The notes below the pieces were generated by a model, which worked only from the letters and a program-made list of their open reading frames with translations, searched no databases and was not told the DNA's origin. The position numbers and the translations under genes were made by a program. A stretch of 64,000 nt of DNA from Podarcis vaucheri (Eukaryota), in the NCBI GenBank assembly GCA_965113315.1, contig OZ220371.1. One strand, given 5' to 3'. Within the stretch, counting starts at the first letter, position 1, and each line of letters starts with the position of its first letter. Positions 39,839 to 51,506 of the stretch are shown one piece after another.

Positions 39839-42800
39839 TATGTGCAAGAACTGGGTAATCAGATTTTCATAGTCTCTAATTGTCAAAGAGAGTTACACAT
39901 ACAACTCAGCTTCAGAGGGCCCCGTGTAGCAAGACAAGAAGCAAGTCACTTCACCTGTCTATGGCATCTCAAAAAACCTTTCTCTTCTCAGAGCCTGCTA
40001 TTGTATCTATACCATCTTCCAAATTTGGGGGGAAATTATCAGCACAGCTGTTTATTTATTTAATTACATAAGTATTTATAACCCACACATTCATGAAAGT
40101 ATATAAAGACAGTATACAACATATAAATTATAAGAGCATCCACAAATAATTAATTAACAAATTAATTAATAAGTTAGTGAACAGTAATTAAAAACTCATT
40201 GAAACATCAATAAAACTTCAGTAAATATTGTCTGGTTAAAAAGAGAAATGAATTTATCTGTTGATGTCAATATATACAGATACATTAAAATTAAAAATTT
40301 GTCCATTTTTAATGCAATTCATTCAAAGACAGAACATTTATTCTAAAAGGTGGGGAAATGAGAGAGGGGGGAATGTTATGACCAGGGAAAAATTAAGCTA
40401 AAATAAATTCCTATTTTCCACAAGGTAGAAGGAAAACAATATAGGCCTTCTTAACAGAAGGAAGAGCACATACCTTTGTGCAGTATGATGCAAAGCATAT
40501 ATGACTTCTTAATTGGTCCACTGGGAGTATAAATCCTGCAGCTATAGACCACCACCACCCTTGATAGAACAAGGGAGCCAAAAACTTAGCAAGTCTGAAA
40601 GACTAAGGCAGAGTCTATTTTTAGATGCTGAGGTACTAGAGCAAAGAAGAAATGATGGAACTGAAGCAAAAAAATTCAAATACATATTGAAAATTTCAGA
40701 TACAACATATTCATTAGGACTGAGCTAAATATTTGTCAGTTTCACTTTTCACATAGAGGGTTTCCCTTTCAACAAGCTACAGCTTTATGTCAAAATGTAG
40801 GCAGCATATGCCAAAAAGCCACACATTACAGGCACTTTCAAGGGATAAGCTTCCCAGGCTTGGAGCTTTTGAGGCAAGCTGTAAAGGGACATCCTTGGAG
40901 AAATAATGCAGGCTCAGTCAAACATGTTGTGCAATTCATGCACAGCCTTAAAAGAACAAGTCAATGGAAGCTCCCCAGCATCCGCTGAAATGCAGTATGA
41001 TCTCCAGCGAGGACCACATATGCATTGGTGGATATTGCTCAATATTTAAGAGGGAGAGTATTAGCTCCTGTCTTATGCCCAAAGGACCTGGATCAACAAA
41101 ACATACTAGCTGTTGCTTCTACTTTGCCAAACCTTTATTAGGCATTACAAGTATGGGCCATCTTAAAACATCATAAAACATCCATATATAAAATTTAAAA
41201 ATATATACAAATAAACAGCCACGTAAAATATATAATAATAAGGATTTTCATTGGGATTTCCAGCTAAATAGTGCCATTCACCACTCTAAGAGATACTATT
41301 AACAAAAACTCAGACACCCTTGCAGTTACTTTCAGGTTAATGTCTGACAAATAGAATCTGATATTTTCATTGTGCTGTGATGTTAGACTACCCAAAAAAG
41401 GGGATAGCACACTTTGCATAGCTGGTTGTACACTGGACAGTAGAAAGGGATATGTTCTACAGTGTCCGGCACATTCAAAGAACATCCACAATATCTATCA
41501 TTTCTGGGGATGTTTAAATATCTGCCCTTGACAAAAGCTGAGGGGGGAAACGTTCAATCGGGCTAACATAAAGGACTGGAATTATTAACTTTGAGATGTG
41601 TGACCCTGTTACCTGTTGCATTTAAACCATAGAACTTGGGGGAGCAAATTTTATTTAAAGCTGACTCAGTGTTTTGTTTTTCAATGTCCCTTAATCTGGT
41701 TTGAATATTGTGATAAATAGATTGATATGTAAGAGTTGGAAGCATCTGGATTTACAAGAGTCTTTAAGTAAGTCGGAAAGCAGATTCAAAGGTTGGCAAC
41801 AAAAATGGCAACACAACCAGTATTTTACAGTGCTAGCCCACACCCAATATTCCATTGTGTGTATACCTAGTTCTGCACACATCATCTCATACTTGATTGA
41901 ACTTGGAGCCTCAGGATACTAGCTGTTGACTGTGGAAGAGCTGCACCATCCCATTGCTAGTCCAGGACTAGCTCAAAGAAGGACCCAGTTCAAATAAGTT
42001 CCACAGCTTCTACCTTTAATACTCCAAGCATAAATCCTCCCCCAGGTCCTGGGAAAATCAGAAGACCTATCCCTGCCCCCCCCCCACAGTTAAGCATCTT
42101 TAAGAATAATTATGTAATAAGAAGTGGTAGGTTCCTTTCTGTGATGATCAAAAGAAATGAACAGTTCATTGTTCTTATGAAATGGTACTCTGAAAATGTT
42201 GTCACCATACATAATGTCTAGTATATAAATTAGAAAATCATGCCCACTATATCTTTGAATGTCTTTTTTCCATTTTAATTTGCAAGGATTATTCGTGCAG
42301 CATTTCATAGCCGAAAATAACATTAATAGTATTTAAACTTTTCATGTCTCACCATCCACAGCTAGAATAATATTAATTCTTCCCTGCCTCAGGGTAGCTT
42401 CTGCTTTTTTAAACAGACATTTATAGAGAAGTAAAAGAAAAACAAATTGAGTTACTCACTTCAAGAAAAGAGAGTCCTAAATTTATAATATAACCTATGT
42501 AATCCAAAACCATCAAAACTTTGCTATATATTAAATATCACTTATGGCTTACCCAGTTCAAATGCTTTCACCTATGCTGTGGTCAAGAAGCATCATGTAC
42601 TCTGAAGCCCCAGTTTCTGTCAATCAGGACAGACACCTGCAGACCCAAGCCCTATGGCAGCCTATTATAGGGGTTTAAACTGCCAATCTGGAATTTCTCC
42701 CATATGATATCTATAGCTAAAAATAAATATATTTGCTAATGAAGTCTACTCAACTTCAGACAGCAGAGGCATGTGACTTCCTCCATTTAAATTTAATTAG

Positions 42801-44221
42801 AATATGGGAAGGAATAATCCCAGAGCCTCTTTTACATTGCAAATATTCCAAAAGTATTGGACCTCTTGCCTTTTGCCATTTGTAGAGTTGACAGTACAAT
42901 ATCAAAGCTTGTAGCCGTTTAAAGCATTCTGAATCATTGTTGTCTTCTTCCCAGACATTCATATGGAAGATTTTAATGATACGCCAAAGAGCACAAGAAG
43001 AGCCTTGGTGGATCAGACCAAGGCCAATCTAGTCCAGCATCCTTTTTCCTTTATAGCAGCCAACCAGATGCCTCTGCAAAGTCCACAAGCAGGACATAAG
43101 GACAAAACCTATCCCCGCTGCTGTGGTTCTCAGCCACTGGTGTTCAGGGACATGCTGTCCCTGAACTGGAGGTTGCATAGAGCCATTGTGACTATTAGCC
43201 ATCAACAAACTGTTTCATCCTCCATGAATCTGTCTATAAATAAGATTCCTCATATTCCAAAGCACTGCTTCTGACTATTATACATTCTGTTTCCCATCCC
43301 TCCTCTTCTCTCCCTAGTCTGGGCTCTGGGGCAAGGGAAAACCATGGAGTCTGGAAAAGGCAAGTGTGTTCTTGAAAGGATAAGGCAGGAGATGATTCTG
43401 AAGATGTGTTATGTCAAGGTACCTGCCCATTCTTCCACCACAAGTTTCAGGAAGGTTGCTCAGAAGCCTTGTAGGTTCCAAATCTACTTAATGTGCACAG
43501 GTCAAGTAATTTTACAGGATCATCGCATGCCTTTCTCCCAAGGTTTGAGTGCATATTGGTTTAGTCTTAGGTACATCTTCTAGAATATGTTCTGGATGAT
43601 GCAGTTATCTGTCAGGCGGAAGAGGAACCAATCTTCACAGGAGGTTGCCAGGAACGGACAAGACAAGGAAAAGTCCTTACCATCTGCTTTTATTCAGTAT
43701 TCACAGACAGAGGGTTGGGAATGCCGCCTCTCAGAATAATGATGTTGCCCTGAGTGAATCTCCATCCCCTCCATCTCTCCCACTTCCTCACGTCATTGTC
43801 ACGGGTGCTGAAAAGTGCCCTTTGCCTTTGAGCTCTTTGCTCTTCTACTTTTAAGGCCTGCCATGTTCTGGGAGAGGGAGGGTCTGGAATGCTTTCTGAA
43901 GACACTGAGTCCATCAGTTGTCACTCCCCTGGTGCTTCTTCTTTCTCCCCCTCCTGTCCCATTATTTCCCAGCTTTCCCCCTCATCTGCCTCTCAGCTGT
44001 GACCTCCTTCAAACCCCTGTTGTAATTCTGAACTGTCTTCTTCCTCTCTAGAAGGAAGGGGAGGCTGGAGAGGCGGTCTCCACCATTCCTCCTCTGACCA
44101 GTCCATGCCATTATCTCTATTTCATTTCTGAATAGGAAAGTCAACAAATAAAATAGCTATAAAGCATGCAGAGAATTTTGACTATATTGGCCCTGCACCT
44201 CCCCTGTTAACAGAATACTTA

Positions 44222-44585
44222 AAGGTAAAGGTAAAGGTACCCCTGCCCGAGCGGGCCAGTCTTGACAGACTCTGGGGTTTGTGCGCCCATCTCACATCTA
44301 TAGGCCGGGGGCCAGCGCTGTCCGGAGACACTTCCGGGTCACGTGGCCAGCATGACAAAGCTGCATCTGGCGAGCCAGCGCAGCACACGGAACGCCGTTT
44401 ACCTTCCCGCTGGTAAGCGGTACCTATTTATCTACTTGCACCGGGGGTGCTTTCGAACTGCTAGGTTGGCAGGCGCTGGGACCGAACGACGGGAGCGCAC
44501 CCCGCCGCAGGGATTCGAACCGCCGACCTTTCGATCGGCAAGCCCTAGGCGCTGAGGCTTTTACCCATAGCGCCACCCGCGTCCC
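44222..44585 (-). mobile_element. Full-length young Sauria SINE
   Basis: CpG-rich, B box ggttcgaatcc on the minus strand, (aaaggt)n tail, and perfect 13-bp TSD aacagaatactta (44209-44221, 44586-44598). Confidence 0.95.
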
Positions 44586-45629
44586 AACAGAATACTTAGC
44601 ATTATCAAAAGTTCAGACAAAAGTGATTATGGGGAAAATTTTGCTAAACCTCAAAGAACTGTGATGGTGAAAATCCCAGTTCAAGGCATCAGCTTTCACA
44701 ATGTTATTATAACTTGGATTGAGTACCACATCCTTTCTCCTCACCAACTAGCCACTCTAAGTGACATATTTGGTGATGTTTGGCATATGGCATCATTATT
44801 GCCCCCAAACTGCGCAGTCATAAATTATTTATAGATTAACTCACTAATCCCCCCTGTTTTATATGGGTAAATAAAGAGCAAAATATAAACATTTCGGTCT
44901 GGCTGAGTTTCAAGAATTATCTCCGTCCTCTGCAAATATATATATATATATATAACCAGAAACAGACGTATTATTTGATGGAGTTCATCAAACGTTCGTT
45001 TCTCTTCAAGTGAAGACAAACAAGGGAGAGTCCAAGAAACTCATTTCCCCACCCCCGTGTCCAAGCTATCGTGTCGAACAACACCTGGGTTTTTCAGAGA
45101 CCCAGTGTTTTGAGAAAGGTGCATGAATTTCGTTATTTTCCAAAATCAGTTAAATTAAAGCACATGGGTCTGTCACCATTTTCCAGATGTTCTGCACTAA
45201 AAATTGCACTGCAAATCAAGCATGCACATACATACGCAAAGAAAAAGAAATATTGTAGGCAATAAAAAGGTTTTTTTAAAAAAACAAAACTATATACATA
45301 TTTTGCTCAAGGCAATGCATGTAATGCACTAAAGCAGCTTCTTTTGCCAGCAGGGTGGTGGGGTGGGGATAACCTGCATAGTAATGTACAGCATAATCTT
45401 ATGTATGTTAATTCAAAAGCAAATCTCATTGAGTTTAGGGAAACATATTCCTAGGAAAGAAGGCATAGGATTAGAGCTGCAGATATATCTAAAGGTGTAG
45501 GCCTCCCTACATAGAAGTTGGGGGTCTGGATGGAAGGAGTGTACTTTCCAGCAACTGCCCTTTGTACACCACAATGTGGCAAAAAGAAGTCACCAGCAGA
45601 TCAGGGCTTGCGTAGAGGCAAACATCTGC

Positions 45630-46512
45630 TGGTGTGATGAGACAAATGCATCTTTTAACCACTTGAGTTATGCTAGCAGGGAATCGTGGAGATAAGCATA
45701 AAGAGAGGACCTGGAGAATATATCATCAGTGAAGACCCCCAAAACCACCCCCGAAAATAAATACACAGTAGACACAGAATTTAGATTAAGGTTTTTGGCA
45801 TTAATTTTGGCCACAACTTTATTGATTATGGCATGTGAGTGGTTGCTTAGGCATTGGTTCCAGACTATCTGAACCTGCACAGTGGCAGAAACAGGACTGA
45901 CACTGGGCACCACCATATGTCAGTAAGGGAAAGCATCCTGGGGGAGCGAGAAGCTGGCTTCGATCTCACAGCTCACCCTAGATGCTCCCAGGGGCTCTGG
46001 CATGGCCCTAGCCCCTTGACAACGTTCGAACAAAAGCAAGGCGAGCCCCTGGATTCCTTTAACGGAATTCCCTAGCAGCAGCGATGGAGGGGCAGGCACA
46101 GCCAACCACTTCCCCTCCACAAAACATTGAGCCAATGTCTAACCGCCAACCTTACAAAGTTGTGACGATTTGCTACACAATAGACAAAAACCAAGTGGCA
46201 CCAGCCAATCAACCAAATGGCAAAATTACTACTGGGCCCCTGCTCCAAAACAGACGACCCCTAGACAGGCATAGAAAAGCCAAAGAACAACCCTAAATAT
46301 AGGGTGGGAGGGCGGGTGATCCAATGCACGTCTCAGGGAAGAGAAAGCTCCCAGCAATGTGCAGCAGCTTAAATAGCCCCTCGGTAGCCAACAGACGACC
46401 CAACAGGCCAAATTTCTAGCCCAGCAACCAAGGGGAACCAATGGGGTGTTGTGGCTATCCAAACGGTCCTGCCCCACAACAGGGAGGCGGTTTAGGTGAT
46501 CTCACCACAACA
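45630..46512 (-). mobile_element. Solo LTR (Gypsy-like), ~880 bp
   Basis: TG..CA ends with imperfect terminal inverted repeat tggtgtgatgag / ctcaccacaaca, minus-strand TATTTAA and AATAAA, and homology to 1-708. No clean TSD and no internal coding region. Confidence 0.75.
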
Positions 46513-46590
46513 GGCGCCCTCCATGATGGAGGATGCGATTTGTAGCATGTAGCATGGAAGTGGAGAGTGCCAGTCTGCTATTGGAAGATA

Positions 46591-46803
46591 CAGTGGTACC
46601 TCATGTTAAATACTTAATTCGTTCCAGACGTCTGAAACTGTTCTTAACCTGAAGCACCACTTTAGCTAATGGGGCCGCTGGAGCACGATTTCTGTTCTCA
46701 TCCTGAAGCAAAGTTCTTAACCCGAGGTACTATTTCTGGGTTAGCAGAGTCTGTAAACTGAAGCGTATGTAACCTGAAGCGTATGTAACCCAAGGTACCA
46801 CTG
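46591..46803. mobile_element. Mariner MITE (same family as 11231-11456)
   Basis: TIR cagtggtacct / aggtaccactg with TA TSD. Confidence 0.92.
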
Positions 46804-48837
46804 TATCTGAAAATCCTTTCAATACACAATTAGTAACACACCATCACCTTAAAGCACATTCTTTTCCCCAAAGAATTCTGGTCACTGTAGTTTGTTAAGG
46901 GTTGCTGTGAAATGTAACTCTGTGAGGGTGAACTACAGGGCCCATAATTCTTTGAGGAGAAGTATGTGCTTCATATGTGATTTAAAGCTATAGTACGTAC
47001 ACAGCCTTACTTCAGTACTAACAATAGGACTGTCTTCCATTGTACCTGAGGGCACCCGCCTAACTTAGCAGGTGTGTACAGCTTTGTCCTCCAACATTCT
47101 TCATTGGCAGTATTTCAGCCAGGGCTATATATTGTATATCAAGTAGCTGCACAGCCCTTTCCCCCCATCCTGTAGCATGATCAAACATAATGCGCAGATT
47201 TTGAAACAGTGCCTTTTTTGTCCTCACGGGAATGCCAGAATTATGGCCCCAAATCTTTTCTTTAATAGCTAAGTATGGCTGTCCTCCTTAATTAGGAAAA
47301 CTGGAGCCATGATAACATTAAGTATTTGCTATTAGCGATCTGTGGTAGATTTATATCACAAATTTCCATCACAATCTCCAAGAGATTGACTTCCAATAAG
47401 AAAGAATTATTACATTCAATGTAGAATCAGACAGAAATTAGGAAGGTCCTCTTGAAATGATTTTTTTAAAGACAAAAACAATTTAGAAAACTTTAAATGT
47501 CTGGGAAGTGTAGTGGAATACTTTTTAAAAAACACAATGGACTAGCAAGAGCAAAAAATAAAAATAAAAGATGAATGGTTAAATAAAATGTTATTTCCTA
47601 AAAGAGACCCACTGACTCAGCTCACCTAACTCAGAAGAAATTCAGAAGTTACTTACTTGAAAGCTAACCCTACTGAGTTTAATGTGGCTTATTCATAGGT
47701 ATGTGTGTACATAGGACTGCAGCCTAAGTAGAACTGAAAGAAAACCTTTCTAAAAACTGGTAAAAATCTCAGCACTGAATCACCCCGTGCATGCAGTAAA
47801 CAAGATGCACTATAAAAAAATGAAGCACATATTTGAGGAAACACAAATATGCTCAGTGAAGAAATACTTTCAGGTTCTAAAAAATTCTGCTCAGATCTTT
47901 ATTACAAGCTAACTTAAAACCTAGCAGTGAGAGTTCAAAACCCCTTTGAATGCTGAACTTTCAATTACAACTGAGTAATTATAACTGAAGTCTGAAGGAA
48001 GAAAGCACAATTCATTCTGAATGCCATTTTTATTATAAACCCTGTTGCCAGCTAACCACAGTTTGCATGCTTGTAAAACCCTAAACTGCTATCTCCACAT
48101 TTCCAAAATGCTTTGGCTTGTTACCACCTAGGAATGCCATGTTAAAGTCCTATGACTATCATCATGATTTCTTAGAACCAGCACCCAGGCAGCCATCTTT
48201 TGCTCAGTGCAATTATTCAGTACAATTAAGTTTATTGTGAAATTGGTGCTGCAGAAAATCCAGTGAGTGAAAATAACCCATTATGCATTTGCAGTCACTG
48301 TAAAAGTTCATTAGCACCTTTGTGTTTGTGTGTGATTTGTCATGCATAGTGTCCCACCTTTAGATCTCTACATGTTACATATGTGTAGAGGGTATCTCTA
48401 AGCGCAGAACATACATTGTTCTTAAAACAATTTAATAATAATAATAATAATGTGGAGGTCTTGCACAATATCAGTTTATCATTCTAGTCCAACCGTTATC
48501 TAGTCCAGATAAATATCACTCTTATGCAAATATTCAGTATTAATGTGGGACGAACGGAAACATGCTAATTGTATAGCTAGTGACATTTGCTCTTTTAGTA
48601 AAGGTACACAAATACACAAAGATAAAGAAATATCTGACTGCATGCCCCAAACAGAAAAAGATAGTGAAGGGTGAGCAAGGAGTGGTTGAGGGACGGAACA
48701 GCAGCAGCAACAACAAAAACACCTCTCCATATATGTTCTGTCAAGCTCCACCCACTGATGTGGATGGCAAGTGGCAGAAGAGTAATTAATATCATGGGAA
48801 TATGTGGGAACTAATCTGTCAAAGAGAGATAGAATAC

Positions 48838-48899
48838 CTAGATGTGTAATCTCGGGCGCCCCTCCAGCAGAGCGCCGCCGCCGCGCTGGCTCTGCCTGT
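48838..48899 (-). other. Probable non-coding first exon of an unidentified minus-strand gene
   Basis: Starts ~29-31 nt downstream of TATAAAAG and contains no ATG. Ends at the candidate donor CTAG|GTATTC, exactly where GC content drops. Confidence 0.55.
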
Positions 48900-50830
48900 C
48901 GACGCTTGGCGCGTCCGCGGCTTTTATAGGGCACCCGGCGCGCACCAGCTCGATAACGGGCACCGGCGCGGCGGGGGGCGCCGGGCCGGGGGCGGGGAGC
49001 GGCCGGCCTGTCTCCTTGGCAACCCCATTGAGCAGCGCCGGCTCCCCCGGGAGGGCCATCCCCCCGCGCCGCCGATCGCCAACACCGCCGACGCTGTGGC
49101 TGCCCGAGCCCGAGCCCGAGCCCGTCAGTCAATCAGGAAGGAAGGAAGGAAGGAAGGAAGGACCCCCATGCGAATCTAAGACGGGAGAAGAGGGCAGAGC
49201 AAAGGGGGTCCTTTCCCCAACCTCCGGCTCTGAGACTTCCCTGCGCCCCAGAAAAGCGAAAGGATTTTCTCTCTTTTTTATATATATAAATATTTTATTA
49301 AGTTTTCAAATACAAAGTTAGAAACATACACTGAAGAAAAAAGTAAAAGAACAAGAAAAAGAAAAAAAGAAAAAGAAGAAAATAAAACCAACCATTCAAC
49401 ACATTTTTTATATAACTAACTGGACTTCCTCGCATCTCCCTTACCCTGCATTCTTTATAATAAAGATATCAGCAAATTATTACCTTGTTTCGTACCTTAT
49501 TTTGTACTTTTCAAATACTATACCTCTAAATTTAACATACTTTTCATCAGTTACTTATATCTTAAATTAAACATAGTATTACCTTAGATTTTGACCTTTT
49601 CTTACTTAAAATATAATTTCCTGTTTCCCAAATCTAATTGCTGAAGCTATAGTTTCCGAATCGTGTAAATTTTTAACATTCATACAACTTATATTGTTTT
49701 TGTAAATAGTCCTTAAATTTTTTCCAGTCCTCTTCCGTTGTTTCTTCTCCCAAATCTCGGATTCTGCCAGTCATTTCAGCCAGTTCCATGTAGTCCATCA
49801 ATTGCGTCTGCCACTCTTCCAGTGTGGGCAAATCTTGTGTCTTCGAATATTTTGCGATAAGTATTCTTGCTGCTGTAGTTGCATACATAAAGAAAGTTCT
49901 ATCCTTCTTTAACCCTTTCTGGCCAACAATGCCCAAGAGGAAGGCCTCTGGTTTCTTGGGAAAGGTATACTTAAAAACATTTTTTAACTCATTATAGATC
50001 ATTTCCCAGAAGGCCTTCACTTTTGGACAAGTCCACCGGAGGTGAAATAATGCCCCTTCAGCCTCCTTACATTTCCAACATTTATTATCAGACAGGTGAT
50101 ATATTTTTGCAAGCTTGACTGGGGTCATGTACCACCTATAAATCATTTCATAATATTTTCCTTCAAGGCATTACATGCCGTGAATTTCATTCCGGTGGTC
50201 CATAACCTTTCCCAGTCCTCAAACATGATGTTATACCCAATATCCTGAGCCCATTTTATCATGGCTGATTTGACTGTCTCATCCTGAGTGATTTTCTCTT
50301 CAACCTGCCCTCCATCCTCTTGCGGGAAACTCTTTGCCTGCCCTGCCCGTATCTCGTTTTTGCTTTTTAATTCCACACACGCACCCTTCGGACTTCGTGG
50401 CAATCGGGCACGCGGGTGCGTTTCCTAAGAGAGTGAGGACCCCCGCCTCCTCCCCACCTGCTCCCTCGCCAGCCAGCCAGCCAGCCGCGCACCCTAGCCG
50501 GAGAGCCCCGGCCGTCCCCGTCGCGCAATCGGCTGGATCTCCCTTCAGCAGGCCGGGCTCACAACTCGGCCCAGGGACCCCCCAGCAGCGGATCTCCGGC
50601 CCAGCGGAAGAATCCGGCAACAAGCCCCCTCCTCCCCAATCGCTCCGCCGAAATACGCTCCAAAACCCCCCAGATAGGCCGCCGGCCGCCAAGTCTCGTG
50701 GCGCCCTGAGCGAGGGTCTCTCCCCAACACCGCCACCTCGAACTGCGTTCTCCCGGCTATCCGAGCGAAGCAGCGGCAGGACCCCGGTATGGGCCCCCCC
50801 AATATTTTTTATAAGTCGGCGCCCCTGATA
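48850..50830 (-). promoter_or_regulatory. CpG island / Pol II promoter, split by an L1 insertion
   Basis: Dense CpG at 48850-49260 and 50300-50830. TATAAAAG (minus) at 48921-48928, GC box GGGGCGGGG at 48989-48997, X-box-like GTCTCCTTGGCAAC at 49010-49023. Confidence 0.8.
49273..50289 (-). mobile_element. 5'-truncated L1 (ORF2 C-terminus plus 3' UTR)
   Basis: Translation matches the 30-kb L1 (QDETVKSAMIKWAQD, CWKCKEAEGALFHLRWTC), with one frameshift near 50145. T-rich tail at 49274, and TSD gattttctct (49263-49272, 50290-50299). Confidence 0.93.
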
Positions 50831-51055
50831 ATACCCCTATCTGGAAACACCCTAGATTCTTGTGTTGGTGTAGCACTTGACTCTATCAGTTTGCATCAGC
50901 ATTTCACATAGACCACTGATGAGAGGGTATGAGCCATAAGATGAGTGGAAAGGAGAATCTGTATGTCAACCACCAGCACACCCATTGCCATTCATTAGGA
51001 GGTGCAGGTGTGATCTGAGGTCATATGAGGCCACTGCCTTGCTGAAGCTAAGCAC

Positions 51056-51506
51056 CAGGGCCGTCTTACCCATAGGTGCTAGGGGTGCAGGGCACCTGGG
51101 CGCCGGGCTCTCGGGGTCTCAGAGGCACCAGGCCAAGAGTCTGGGGCTGAGGGAAGAGCCGACAGCTGATGCCGAGCGGAGCAGAGCCTGTCGGAGCACC
51201 GCAACTCTTCTGCTGTGGGCAAGCAAGGCGCTGAGGCAGCCGGCCAGCTCCACACTCCTGCGCACCTGGAATTGGGGGGCTGTCAAGAGGCCCTCCCAGC
51301 GCATGCTGCTCACACAAGCCTTAGGCTTGACTGTTGTTGCGCTGGGCTCTGCTTGCCCACCCACCCCCAGGTGCCCTCTGATGCCCACCCTAAAAAAAGG
51401 TTGGGGCTCCCCCCCTAAAAAAGTCAACAATTCTGGGCAACCTGGGGGGGGGGTGTGCAGGGCAGATCTTTGCACCCCGGTGCCGCATATGCTTAAGGCA
51501 GCCCTG
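51056..51506. mobile_element. Non-autonomous hAT transposon (GC-rich, 451 bp)
   Basis: TIR cagggccgtctta / taaggcagccctg and perfect 8-bp TSD ctaagcac (51048-51055, 51507-51514). Confidence 0.9.

Noticed and set aside
44480-44585. tRNA gene
   Set aside because: The A/B boxes belong to the Sauria SINE head, and there is no complete cloverleaf.
708-45630. Intact provirus between the two LTRs
   Set aside because: The LTRs are strongly diverged and 45 kb apart, with no PBS, gag or pol recognised.
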